From Octopus vulgaris (taxonomy: Eukaryota), in assembly GCA_951406725.2 (NCBI GenBank), contig OX597826.1, positions 20,646,001 to 20,710,000 of the forward strand: a stretch of DNA of 64,000 nt, read 5' to 3'. Shown piece after piece: positions 1 to 12,754 of this stretch (position 1 is the stretch's first letter; the number at the start of each line of letters is the position of its first letter). The position numbers and the translations under genes are program-made. Under the pieces are notes generated by a model. The model searched no databases. It worked only from the letters and a program-made list of their open reading frames with translations, and was not told where the DNA came from.

Positions 1-67
1 TTGCTATATTTCTATCACACCGGAATGAGAAAGCAATGGCTCTGGTGAGAAAGGTGACAGAGAGAGG

Positions 68-91
68 ATATATATATATATATATATATAT

Positions 92-183
<92 letters not shown>
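68..183. repeat. Compound (TA)n(TAGA)n microsatellite
   Basis: Directly visible. Confidence 0.97.
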
Positions 184-184
<1 letters not shown>

Positions 185-1464
185 GTAAGAGAGAGAGTGG
201 AGAGATAGATGTATAGATAGATATTTAGATAGATAGAGAGAGAGTTAAATAGATAAAGATAGAAAAAGAGAGGGGATGGGAGAGAGGGATGGAATTTGTG
301 TATGATATAGAAGTGAGGTCAGATGTCAGGAAATGAAAATATGGGGTGGAGGAAAATTTTGGTTAAAAATAAACGTGTATACACACTCAAACACACAGAA
401 ACACATCACCATCTGTGTGGCGTATTAAATGTATGTACAACATTGAAAGGCACGGTGGTATGGTTTGGGTCTGAGATAACATTTCTTTAAAGACTTGTTG
501 TGTTAAAACCTCTAATATATATCAGCGGGAGTTGGACATCGTCGCAGCAGTGACTCACGGGAATGGCATATGCGTTTCGCACTAGTGGTGGTAGTGGTGG
601 GGTTTGGTGCTTGTTTCGTCCCAATGGGGGCTTGTTAATACCTTTGCTAAAACGAAATTCGTGCTTCTATATGTAGAAAGCACCGTATCACATATTCAAT
701 GGAATTGTCCAAAGTTAATTTTTATGTATAGAAAAATATTCCATTAAAAAGAAAAGAAAAAGCAAAGAAATAAAATGAAAGAAATTGGTTGAAATCTGAT
801 CAAATTGCAATTAATTTCCAACATTAAGAATGATAACAAGAATTAACGTCCCAGGCTGTTTTATCTGAGAATGAACCAATATTTGATGCTACCAAACTTT
901 GTCGAATAAATATTAAAATAAAATGTATTTAATACATGTTGATAAGATGTTTAAGTAATTCAATGCTAATTAAATAAGAATTAATTTCCTGTCTGATTCG
1001 AAAGCTTAATTGGTTGATTAAAGATTTCAACAGATGGAATAATTAACAGGTTTAAAAGATTAAAACCAGAAATCAATAATTAAAACTGCAACATGTTTAT
1101 ATTTCATTAGAAGAGTCACGTCTCGGTGATTCTATGATTCCAGTAAGGATTTACCAAAATTCTTGATTCAGCTGAATTCTAAATCCGAATAGTTCATCTG
1201 TGACGGTTCTATCTTTTATTGGAGTCTTCCAGTTGTTTGACGTTATTAGTAACTGTGCTTCTAGTTAATTACACTAAGTAGGTTACATAATACTTGGCAA
1301 TATGAAGTTAACTAATTAGTACAAGGTAATAGTTGAATTAAAGAAAACTTATTTAAATTCTTAATTATAAGATGTTTAATTAATTCATGTTATCACGGTA
1401 TCTTAGTATTGACCAGTCTAACGGATTTGTTATACATCGCATTGTTTTATCCTTTCGAATAATG

Positions 1465-1683
1465 CCCCTCTCTCCCACCGCTGACTAGGTGAGTAGGCCA
1501 ACATTACCCCTGATCGAAAGGTTATTCTGTGACCAGGGGTGACCCATTTACAGCTGAGTGGACGGGAGCAGTGTGAAATGAAGGATCCTGCTCAAGAACA
1601 CAATACACATCCCGGTCTGGGAATCGAACCCTCGATCTAACAATCGTGAGTGCAGCGCCTTAACCACTAGGCCACGGGCCTTC
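1465..1683 (-). mobile_element. tRNA-derived SINE, family A (CORE-like body)
   Basis: The minus strand has A box TGGCCTAGTGG and B box GGTTCGATTCC, then TGTGTTCTTGAGCAGG...CTCAGCTGTAAATGGG, resembling the CORE domain. Confidence 0.8.
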
Positions 1684-1701
1684 AGTTTATGTTATAATAA
1701 A

Positions 1702-1749
<48 letters not shown>

Positions 1750-2669
1750 TACTGACAAATATATTATCTTGGAAATATTAAACTTAGCAAAGAATGCAAA
1801 CGACTCAGAATGTCACACATAGAAATGTTCAGACACCACTTGACACGAGGAACAAAATATCGAATTATATTAATATATGATATCAATATACAAGTTATTT
1901 ATGTTTAGCATGTTTTGACAAAGAGATTCTGAAAAGAAAAGAAAAAAACGAATCGGTACATGTATTCTGCAGTCTTCGGCAGCAAGTATTTCAATGCAGT
2001 TATTTTTCTAGTGTGGAGCAGGTAGTAAACGCACCCGTTTAGGTGGGAATTTTAGGAAATAATCTTAGGTCCGTATTGATTGAAGGCATCCGAAACTCTC
2101 GATCAGTACTGCTGCATTATGGGTAAAATTATACACAAAAGAAAAGGTTTTAACATCAATAACTTTTTTTGAAATGTTGAAAATCAGTATTACCGATAAA
2201 TATTGAATATACAACGAGAATATCAGCATAGTATCTAAACTTTTGATTGCATGTGTGTAGTCATATATATCACACCCCCTACACACATACACACACACGC
2301 ACACAACACACACACACAACACACACACGCACACAACACACACACACACACACACACTTACACACACACACACACACTTACACACACATGCATACAAACA
2401 CACACAACACAAACGAAAAAGAAAAACAATGTTTCTCTGAATTTGGGGGTTATTTTCTTTTTTATTTTTGATAAGGCGAATCTTTCTCGAAATATAATAA
2501 AAGCATTTACCACCGTATGTGAGATAATGTAATATCTTCTCTATTTGATGACATCACTTTACATATTAAAGGTCTTTTTAACATATTGATATCATTTATA
2601 GATGACAAAGCTTCAAGTAAATTACAATACTCCTCTCTCTCTCATCCCTCTTTGCAATGTATGTATGTA

Positions 2670-2716
<47 letters not shown>

Positions 2717-2740
2717 GCGTGCGTGTGTGTGTGTGTGTGT

Positions 2741-2853
2741 GCAGATGTGGCTATGTCGTTGAAAAGTTCATTTGGCAACCGAAGGATTTCGGGTTCACTT
2801 TGGACAAGTGTCCTCTATACCTTTAGCCGACCAATGCCTTGTGCGGAAGTTCG

Positions 2854-2855
<2 letters not shown>
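2741..2855 (+). mobile_element. SINE family B head, diverged
   Basis: GCAGATGTGGCTATGT...TTGGACAAGTGTCCTCT...GCCGACCAATGCCTTGTG. Confidence 0.65.
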
Positions 2856-2902
<47 letters not shown>

Positions 2903-3239
2903 CGTCAGTGTCTGTGTGCGTGCGTGTGTGTGTGTCTGTGTTTTTGCTTTTCTTAATAACCAGTGTTATATTGTATATATTCTCTTAAATTAGCGATTCC
3001 ATAAAAAGAGACGATAGTACCATATCTATCGTCCTAAATCATGAACTAGGGTCAATTTGATCGAGTAAGCTATTCAAGGCGGTGCCCCATCATGACTGAC
3101 ACAAGAGCACCCAATACGTAGTATAGAGTTTAGTATATTTGTAGGTTATCAGTTGATGAGTCCTTCAGCCATTATTTTGTGTTTCATAGACCTACAGACA
3201 CGTGACTAATTCTACAAATAACCCCCAAAAGTGGAGGTT

Positions 3240-3900
3240 AAATGGTAGCTCCTTTTACATCCCTGGGAAGCTGAGCTTCCAAATGAGATGCTGGGTCACG
3301 TAGTGGAAACCAAGACAGTCTTTAACGTAGAGTGAGATACAAATGACGAAACTCTGCTGGAATTAACTTTCATTACCAAGAGAGGTAACTTCTTGTTTCT
3401 TCCTGGAATTATTTTCCTGCTTGGGTTGTTGGAAATCAGTTAGGATTGCAGAAAGAAGTAATTTCGGATTCCATTTTGAAAGACATCACATCTTTAGAAT
3501 GCTTTAGATATCATATCCGCTTTTTATGCAGGCAAAGCCAGGATTTTAGCGATCCCCTGGCGTATGGCGTGGTTTATCAACAATATGTCAGGTTATTGTA
3601 TGGATGTCGTTGGTCTCTATACTACAAAATGGAACTGGAGATGGAAATGGAGTTTTTAGTGCCTAAAGGAATTTAAATGTTGAGTATACCGATCGTTCAA
3701 TCACTTGTAGTGAGCTCCGTGTTGTTCAAGTCGCCACCTTCTCGTGAAGCGAGCTTCATTCTTTACCGTTTAGCTTTGGAAATGCAAAACTCTCCAGTTG
3801 GCAAATGACTTGCTCTCGGAAACTGCAAGTGGGTTGTTGGGCTATAGCCAGTGGAGATGCATATTTTTATTTGTGGCGGGACATGATAGAAATGATGTTG
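3240..3900 (-). mobile_element. Possible highly decayed non-LTR retrotransposon (APE endonuclease-like) fragment
   Basis: Balanced-composition unique sequence with a minus-frame ISLYVKDCL, which resembles the GGVxxYV motif of LINE endonucleases. No intact ORF. Confidence 0.25.
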
Positions 3901-4282
3901 TCAAGGCAAGACCGGCTCATTTTCTCGTTATGTAGGGTCAGAAAATGGCAACTTATGCGAGGTAGAAAGCTCTGAATAACGTTTAAACCATATATGCTTC
4001 TTTCGGTCATGGTTGGCCATGCATTTGTATTTGGATGCGTGAACCTGGGCCAGGACCTTTTAAAGGAAGATTAGCAGGTGCCCATTCATGCAAGTCTCCT
4101 TTTCCACACCAGTCGCATATTTCTGTATCGGGAGAAAGACAGAAAAAGACTCTCCTACCTACTCCTGCTACCAGACGACTAATTATTCAAGGGGAGGTAA
4201 TCTAAAAATTTTTTGGAATTATTTCACCTCGTTAGCTATCAAGTGGGTATGGGGGAGTCTGAATAGAGTGAAGGAATGGTGT

Positions 4283-4825
4283 TAACACTGCACTAGTGGG
4301 TGAAAACCCTTGGGTAAGTCTTCCGAAGGAGTCAACCAGCTGAGGCAGGGGCATATGGTTGTGGCCGACAGCTTGGAGAGAAATTGGTGCCACCAATCTA
4401 AACTGCTGATGATACATTCTGGGTGAAGTCAGAACCCATATGTGATCAGTCGTCGCCCAGGTTAACATCAAAGAGTGGTCAGGCCTCAATTTCCCCGACT
4501 CGCAGAGGGCAGCAGAAGACCGAGGGAAAAGATTAAATCTGGTTGCGATGTCATCAAGGAACGCCCCAATGACCACACGGTCAAGGAAAAGGAAAGAAAG
4601 AAGGAAGGAAGGAAGGACGCTATCAAGACACCTTTCCCTGTTCACTTCTCTCTGTCTCATTGTTCCCCTTTCTCACTACTTTATTCAGTTTCTCTATCTC
4701 CATCTCTATCAAACTGTTTGCTCTCCGTTTCACACTTACTCTTAACCTTTTTGCTCAACAGTTTGCCACTCGTTTTCTCTCTTTCTCTCCCTCTTTCTCC
4801 CCCCTCTCTCTATCTCTGTTTACCT

Positions 4826-4898
<73 letters not shown>

Positions 4899-5302
4899 GT
4901 TTGGTTGCTATATGTATGTGTGTGTATGTGTGTATGCCCTTTACTTCGGTTTTATATCACAAATGAGCATAGAAATAGAAATTTAAAATAATTTAAAATA
5001 AAGTTAAAATAATCATTCATACAGAACTATGTTGTATATAGAGCCTGCTTGGGTGCCGTGCGGCACATTATCACATTTTGTATGTCACATGTAAAATCCT
5101 GACTATATAAAGATAACTATTTACTAAATAACACTGCACTAGTGGGTGAAAACCCTTGGGTAAGGCTTCCACATATGGGTTCTGACTTCACCCAGAATGT
5201 ATCATGAGCAGTTTAGATTGGTGGCACCAATTTCTCTCCAAGCTGTCGGCCACAACCATATGCCTCTGCCTCAGCTGGTTGACTCCTTCGGAAGCCTTAC
5301 CC
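4283..5302. repeat. Direct-plus-inverted duplication: 4283-4444 versus 5129-5302
   Basis: 5129-5170 repeats 4283-4324 directly. 5170-5302 is the reverse complement of 4312-4444 with a few mismatches. Confidence 0.92.
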
Positions 5303-5514
5303 TTGCTCTCTCGCTGTTCAACTTTCTCTTACACTGTTCATCTATCTCTCTTTACTCTTTCAATCTCTACTCATCTCTCTCTCACTCTCTCTCTCTCTCT
5401 CTCTCTCCCTTTATCTTATTGTCTATACTTCTCTCACGGTGTTACCCTCTCTGTCTCGCCATTTCACTCTCTCACTATTAACCTCTCCTTTCACAGTTCA
5501 CTTTTGTCTCTCTG

Positions 5515-5550
<36 letters not shown>

Positions 5551-5689
5551 TCCCCGCTTACCTATTCTCCACTGTTAGCTTCCCGGTTTACATCGGAACG
5601 CCATTTCTAAATACGATCCACTAACCGACATCTCTAGCACCTGTCTATTTACCGAATTCTTCTCAATGCAACTCTCTGAGAACCCATCG

Positions 5690-5950
5690 CAGCAGGTTCT
5701 AATCCGGGGTCCATATTCCCCTTGAGGGTCCACACAAGATTTTGCTTTTTAAAATTTATCTGCAACAAATTGGTTATACTTCTACAAAACACAAAATATT
5801 TCAACAATTTTGCTTTATACAATTCCCTAATATTTAATTATAATAATGTAAAGGGACATTTTTAACCGTGGAATGTCTACGAAGGGTCCAGTCAAGTAAA
5901 ATAGGAATCAAAACGGGGTCCATGGGAAAAACAAGGGTCGAGAACCACTG
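5690..5950. mobile_element. hAT-like MITE
   Basis: Ends CAGCAGGTTCT...AGAACCACTG resemble CAGTGGTTCTC-type hAT TIRs, with subterminal GGGGTCCAT repeats. The flanking 8-mers ACCCATCG and CTCTATCG match at only 5/8 (degenerate TSD). Confidence 0.6.
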
Positions 5951-6333
5951 CTCTATCGGTGGATTGCAGCTCGAATTCCCGAAGGTATCCTTGTCCAAAA
6001 CCGGCACCCTGCTCCTGCCGAAAGTTTGTTTCAAATGTAGACGGTTCTGTGGGATACTCAGCCACATACACTCTATATAGGAAGTAGGGAGTTCACAAGA
6101 TCCAACAACTGGAAATATTCATCGACGAAACCGACAGGGAACCATTTATCTCCGTATGCGCTTATGTATGCATGTGTGTAAAGAGAGAGAGGAAAGGAGA
6201 GAGAGAGATAGAGAGGGAGGGACAGACTGAAGGAGAGAGAGATATATAAAAGCATAAGTGTATATATGCGTGAAAATACGTAAATATATATGTTTACATC
6301 AATCTATATATCTATCTACCTATCCCCTCTCTC

Positions 6334-6405
<72 letters not shown>

Positions 6406-6812
6406 TACACACACACGCACACACTCACATATGTTTCATTCTCTCTGTTTATTTTCTCTTATTCCTTTTTGTTAAAGAACGTAGGCTCGAAATGTAAAAG
6501 GCTTTTTCATTTTTCATTTTCCCGAGCATCAAACTAAACTAATACACCTGTATGTTGTTCATACACCTGTCTTCATCTTTTGTTTTTCTATAAATGTCAA
6601 CTATATATATATATATATAATAATGTAAAGGGACATTTTGACCATATATATATATATATATAGTTCGTTTTTGGATTTGGTTTGCAAGACTCTTTATATG
6701 AGTTCGTGTGTTGAAGCATATTCTGTTGTGTCTGGGGAGAGTCATTTTCTTTTTGTTACCGGTGAGTGTGTTACATTATAAGGCACAAAAAAGAAAATGA
6801 CTCTCCCCAGAC

Positions 6813-6889
<77 letters not shown>

Positions 6890-6955
6890 TATATATACAT
6901 ATATACGTATATATATATATATATACATATATACATGCATACATACATACATACA

Positions 6956-7036
<81 letters not shown>

Positions 7037-7103
7037 AGAGAGAGAGAGAGCGAGAGAGAAAGAAAGAGAGAGAGAGTAAGTACCACTTATTAAAGTATGT
7101 ACA

Positions 7104-7883
7104 ATCATCTCATTTTTGCCAACGAATTACAAGTATGTTTATTCCGGCAACATAAAATTCTGGAGTTGGTGAACTCTTTGAACGCACTCTCAGAATCGGT
7201 TTGATTTTTGAACTCCTTCTCTCGCAGAAAACCATCAAGGTGCTTGAAATCGATAGGAGAAAGGTCTGGGAAATTAGCCGGGTGGGGAAGAACTTCGTAG
7301 CCAAGTTCCCTCAACTTCTGAAGCGTTACTAGTGAAACGTGTGATTGAGCATTGTCATGAAGAATGATTGACACTCCTCTTTTGACCAGTCTGGAACGGA
7401 GGAGTAGCAGTTTTTCGTTCATTTTGGCAATTATTGTACAGAATCCACTTTTCATCGCAAGTTATAATACGGTCGAGAAATGGCTCGCTCTGGTGAAGAA
7501 GCGACGAGCAAATTTCATATCGGCGCATTTTCTGATTTTCATTCAAATCGTGTGGTACCCATTTGTCGAGCCTTTTTTGATTTTCCGATCGCAGGCAAAT
7601 TGTTGCAGGCAGTTTTCAGGCGAATTTGAAGTTCTTTTGCCAGTGCTCAGTGGTTTTACATGGATCTTTCTCAATGACAGTCTTTAATTGATCGTCATTG
7701 ATGACAGATGGGCATCCACTACGCTCACGTTCTTCAAGGCTCAGGTTTCCACTGCGAAATCATTTAAACCATTTTCGCACTGACCATTCACTGGTCATTT
7801 CCTCACCAAACTGGTCATTTCCTCACCAATATCGCGAGCAGTTTCAGCTGCTTTCGTCCTTTCTTGAAGTTGAATAGCAAAAT
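7104..7883 (-). mobile_element. Decayed mariner (Tc1/mariner) transposase
   Basis: Minus-strand frames give HTH-like ILLFNFKKG..., SVRKWFK*FRSGNLSLEERERSGCPS, linker KWVPHDL, and catalytic-region motifs ITCDEKWILYNN, ILHDNAQSH and HPANFPDLSPIDF. It has stops, frameshifts and a deletion, and TIRs are not seen. Confidence 0.92.
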
Positions 7884-7884
7884 T

Positions 7885-8210
7885 GGTTCTAATCCGGGGT
7901 CCATATTCCCCTTGAGGGTCCACACAAGATTTTGCTTTTTAAAATTTATCTGCAACAAATTGGTTATACTTCTACAAAACACAAAATATTTCAACAATTT
8001 TGCTTTGTACAATTCCCTAATATTTAATTATAATAATGTAAAGGGACATTTTTAAACGTGGAATGTCTACGAAGGGTCCAGTCAAGTAAAATAGGAATCA
8101 AAAGGGGTCCATGGGAAAAACAAGGGTCGAGAACCACTGCTCTATCGGTGGATTGCAGCTCGAATTCCCGAAGGTATACTTCTACAAAACACAAAATATT
8201 TCAACAATTT
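7885..8210 (+). repeat. Near-identical direct duplicate of 5696-5988 (MITE plus about 38 bp of flank), followed by a re-copied internal segment
   Basis: Direct comparison: GGTTCTAATCCGGGGTCC...CCCGAAGGTAT is present at both loci. The copy is followed by ACTTCTACAAAACACAAAATATTTCAACAATTTT, repeated from inside the element. Confidence 0.93.
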
Positions 8211-8450
8211 TTGACAGTTCCATTTCAGATGATTGTAACAACGGCGAAAAAAGTATTAATGTTAATTTATTGATGCATTTGGGCAAGGCTGTGTCTGTAT
8301 TATCAGACAATTGCAAAAAATATGTTTAAGAACAATTCAAAACTCTGCAAAAATCCGGTACAAATTCTTCATGGTTCAAAACGTTACTTATTTTTTATTC
8401 AACCCACACATACATACATACATATATCGATAGATACATTTATACATATA

Positions 8451-8483
<33 letters not shown>

Positions 8484-8557
8484 AAATATGTATATATATG
8501 TATGTATATATATGTATATATCAATAGATGTATTTATGTGTGTGTCTGTATAAATAA

Positions 8558-8653
<96 letters not shown>

Positions 8654-8749
8654 CGGGAAGCTTTATGAAAATAAACAAAAGACGAAGGCAGGTGGAATAC
8701 AAACAAACAATTGTATTAGTATGGCGCTCAGAAATATAAATAAAACAAG

Positions 8750-8787
8750 TCTTTTACGTTTCGAGCCAACGCTCTTCAACAGAAAGA
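8750..8787 (-). ncRNA. Minimal hammerhead-like motif, A6U core variant
   Basis: Minus strand reads TCTTT-CTGTTGA-A-GAGC-GTTG-GCTC-GAAACGTA-AAAGA. Confidence 0.58.
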
Positions 8788-8903
8788 TATACAGAAAAGA
8801 AACACGGAGAAAAACAAGGAGAGATAAAAATGCGTGCAGAGGCTAGCGAATCAACATGGCGATATATATGGATATATATATGGATATGTGTGTGTGTGTG
8901 TGT

Positions 8904-9017
8904 GGAGGCGTGTGGCTTCGTGGTTAGGGTATCAGCATCATGATCGTAAGAATGTAGTTTCGATTCCTGGACCGAGCGCGCGTTGTGTTCTTGAGCAAAA
9001 CACTTTGTTTCACGTTG
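8904..9017 (+). mobile_element. SINE family A, 3'-truncated
   Basis: GGAGGCGTGTGGCTTCGTGGTTAGGG...TTCGATTCC...TGTGTTCTTGAGCAAAACAC. Confidence 0.8.
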
Positions 9018-9095
9018 ATAATACAGGCACAGATTTAAACAAATGCATCCATAAATTAACATTGATATTTTTCCGCCGCTATTACAATCATATAT

Positions 9096-9318
9096 AAACA
9101 ATTGCAGCGTGGAAGGTGTTTATAAGCCATTTAAGAAACACACAAAAATCGTTAGATTCACTTCAACATTTAAATTTTATTTGCCTGTCAGTGAACAGAT
9201 CGCGGTCTCAAAGCGACGAAAATATTTTGGCAATTTGAAATTAAATGTTGAAGTGAATCTAACGATTTTTGTGTGTTTCTTAAATGGTTTATAAACACCT
9301 TCCACGCTGCAATTGTTT
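9096..9318. repeat. About 90-bp inverted repeat (9096-9185 / 9229-9318) enclosing the hammerhead motif
   Basis: AAACAATTGCAGCGTGGAAGGTGTTTATAAGCCATTTAAGAAACACACAAAAATCGTTAGATTCACTTCAACATTTAA and its reverse complement, nearly perfect over the outer 75 bp or so. Confidence 0.95.
9186..9232 (+). ncRNA. Minimal type I hammerhead motif with G3:C8 core variant
   Basis: TGTCA-GTGAACA-GATCGC-GGTCTCAAA-GCGAC-GAAAATATTT-TGGCA. Stem I has 5 bp (one G.U), stem II is G(A)TCGC/GCGAC, stem III is the palindrome AATATT, and the triplet is UUU. Confidence 0.6.
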
Positions 9319-9367
9319 TCGTTTCCAGCATATGATCTCAGATCAAGTCACCTGCTATGCAAGTACA

Positions 9368-9429
<62 letters not shown>

Positions 9430-9475
9430 CCTACATAAATACATATACATACATATACATACATACATACATATG

Positions 9476-9812
9476 GGTTGACCCACTTCGATCATGACTG
9501 ACCATGGGATTGCACCTAGAAAGTTCCCCTCCAAGGCACAAGTCCGGGCAATGTTGTTTATGGAAGAGCAGCAGTCACCAATACATGCCTGCCTCCCCTC
9601 TCCACACCACCAGTGTTAACCAAGGGAAAGGCAAAGGGGCCGATACAGCTTGGAATCAGTGACATCACAACTCATTTCTACAACTGGGTGAACTAGAGCA
9701 ACGTGAAATAAAGTGTCTTGCTCAAGAACACAACCCGCAGCCCGGACCGGGATCGAACTCAGAACCTCACGATCATAAGCTTGATGCTCTACCCACTGAG
9801 CCATGCTCCTTC
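9476..9812 (-). mobile_element. SINE family A, near full length
   Basis: The minus strand has tRNA-like head TGGCTCAGTGG...GAGTTCGATCCC, a CORE-like body and a distinct 3' tail. Confidence 0.82.
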
Positions 9813-9822
9813 ACACACACAC

Positions 9823-9858
<36 letters not shown>

Positions 9859-9965
9859 ACACACAGATATATATATATAACAATTTAATAAATAAAACAT
9901 ATGCATACATACATACATATATGTACATACCTACATCTATATGTATATATAATAAATGCATATAT

Positions 9966-10350
9966 GAGTACAGGACACCACAAATAAACGTAGAACACAA
10001 CGAGAAATGAAAACATAGAAACAAAACTAGGAAACGGACTTTTTTTAACAACGAAAAAAACAGAGTACACGACAAACAACACAAGGAACATTCCCCTTCT
10101 TCAGCTGCCCCTGTTTCAACTCAATGTGTGTTTCGAAGGTAAGGGCAGAACACGACTACGCCGAAACAATCCTTCCCGCAAAATGAATTGAATGAAACTT
10201 TTTTGCGGAGGGATAAAAAAAAGTGACAAGAACAGGACGTAAAAGCAATACAAATGAAGAAAAAAACAGTACAAATAAAAATAAAAACAGTAAAAAACAG
10301 GACAAGGAAACCAACAATAAGGGCATTTTAAAGCCTAGACGGTGGAAAAA
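9966..10350. repeat. Unclassified A-rich interspersed repeat (second copy at 55520-55661)
   Basis: Both copies begin GAGTACAGGACACCA and align through CCCCTTCTTCAG. Both are flanked by TA-rich SSRs. Confidence 0.75.
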
Positions 10351-10408
10351 TTCGTTAGAACGCATATATGTATATATATACACGTATATAGTTATGTTTA
10401 TATATTGG

Positions 10409-10646
10409 TGCAGGCGTGGTTATGTGGTAAGAAGCTTGCTTTCCCCGTGATTCTGGGTTCCATTACACCTTGGGCAAGTGCTTTCTACTTCAGCGTCAGA
10501 CTGACCAAAGCCTTTGTCAGTTGATTCCATTGACGGGAAAAAGCCCGTTGTATACACTCAGACACGTACACATACATATATATATGTGTCTATATATATA
10601 TGCGTATATATATGTATGTGTATATACATTCCTATATATTTATATA

Positions 10647-10714
<68 letters not shown>

Positions 10715-10935
10715 CACACATGTGTGTGTTTGTCTAAATGTCCTCCCGCCATCGATTGACAACCAATGTTGATGTATTTACGTCCCCATAACTTAGCGGT
10801 CCGGCAAAATTGACCGATAGAATAAGTACTAAGCTTACAAAGAATAAGTTCTGGGGTCGATTTGTTGGACTAAATGTGGTGCTCCAGCTTGGCCGCTGTG
10901 AAATGACTACAACAAACAAAAGAATGAAAGAAAAA
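10409..10935 (+). mobile_element. SINE family B, bipartite (head 10409-10550, internal microsatellite, tail 10737-10935)
   Basis: Head GCAGGCGTGG..TGTGGTAAGAAGCTTGCT...CCTTGGGCAAGTG...CCAAAGCCTT. Tail ACTTAGCGGT..GGCAAAA..GACCGATAGAATAAGTAC...GGTGCTCCAGC. The same order recurs at 26866-27276. Confidence 0.85.
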
Positions 10936-11226
10936 TGGTATGTATGTGTATATATGTTTGTATGTGTATATAAATACCTCCATACACATGTATATATATG
11001 TGTATTTGTGTTCATATAGATACATGCGTGTGTGTGCGCGCGCGCGTGTGTGTAATAAAACTTATTCTCTTTGTTGTCAGATCTCCATGTCTTTGTTCAT
11101 CTCAGACATTCTGTAAAAACTATCAGAGAAACTAAATTAACTTCACCATTTCATCAGCTTTTCTATTCAACCAGTGTGTGTGTGCGCGCGCGCGCGCGCA
11201 AGTGTGTGTATATGCGTGCATATACG

Positions 11227-11257
<31 letters not shown>

Positions 11258-11622
11258 ATGTGTGTGTGTGTGACCACATAACACTCAAACACTATCTCTC
11301 AATTATATTCCGACCTCTCCCCCATCCGCTCTCCACCTAGCACGGCCGGGTCTTTTTCTTCATTTCCTCCTCCCACTACCCGCCTCCATTTGCTTTCCTT
11401 CTCTCAGGCCTCTATCTCTTTCTCTTCAACACATTCACACACTTTTCTCCGCTTTCCTCCCCTTCCTCTTACTTCATCCTTTCTCAATTTATACTCTCCT
11501 CTACCGTCTCTTCCATTCCCTCTCGCTCTTACACACACACACACTCATATTTATATGCATACATATGTGTGTGGCGTATACCCCAATGTATGTATGCACC
11601 TATGTAAACATATATGTATATG

Positions 11623-11716
<94 letters not shown>

Positions 11717-11934
11717 TAACACGCGCGCACACACACACACCACACACACATATATCTAACTATTAACTGTAAGAGAGAGACATTGATAGAAAGCAGACGA
11801 GAAAAGGAGAAAGAGATATAAACAAAAGAGAAAAACGAAAGACCTCCATTTTGTTGTTACAAGTAACATCCTATACTGACTGGCTGTCTTCTCCCTCCTC
11901 TTTTTCTTACCCCTTTAACGTATAAGTGTGTGTA

Positions 11935-11974
<40 letters not shown>

Positions 11975-12452
11975 TGTGTATGTGTGTTTGTAATGTGAAT
12001 ATATATATATATGTATATATATAAACACACACACATATATAGTATATGTAAGTATAGCTATAGATTTATATATATATACATATGTTCAAATGTATATATA
12101 GATATGTATGTATATGTATATATGTATCTATACATATGTACTTGTATATATAGATATGTATGTATATGTATATATGTATCTATACATATGTACTTGTATA
12201 TATAATGTATGTATGTACGTATGTATATATGTATGTATGAATAAAATTTTATACATGCTATTCACCACCACGATTCCTAGATTTTCCGAACACTCTGAGG
12301 TCACAATTTTAGCCTTAACCGCAGTTTACCTCGATAGCCGTGCACCAGCTGGGGTGCTTACTGTGAGCTCTGTTTCGTTCTTTGAATCTCTATTCTTGTA
12401 TTGTGTATAAATAAATACATACACACATACATACATGCATATATATGCATAT

Positions 12453-12659
<207 letters not shown>

Positions 12660-12754
12660 CTGTATATATGTATATCTGTATATATATATATACATACACA
12701 CAGAAACACACACCTGATACTCACACGTGTGTGTGTGTGTGTATTATAAACACA

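Larger units (their letters stand above)
8229..9091. repeat. Diverged 75-bp inverted repeat pair (8229-8304 / 9017-9091)
   Basis: ATGATTGTAACAACGGCGAAAAAAGTATTAATGTTAATTTATTGATGCATTTG...TGTATTATC aligns by eye with the reverse complement of 9017-9091. Confidence 0.8.
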
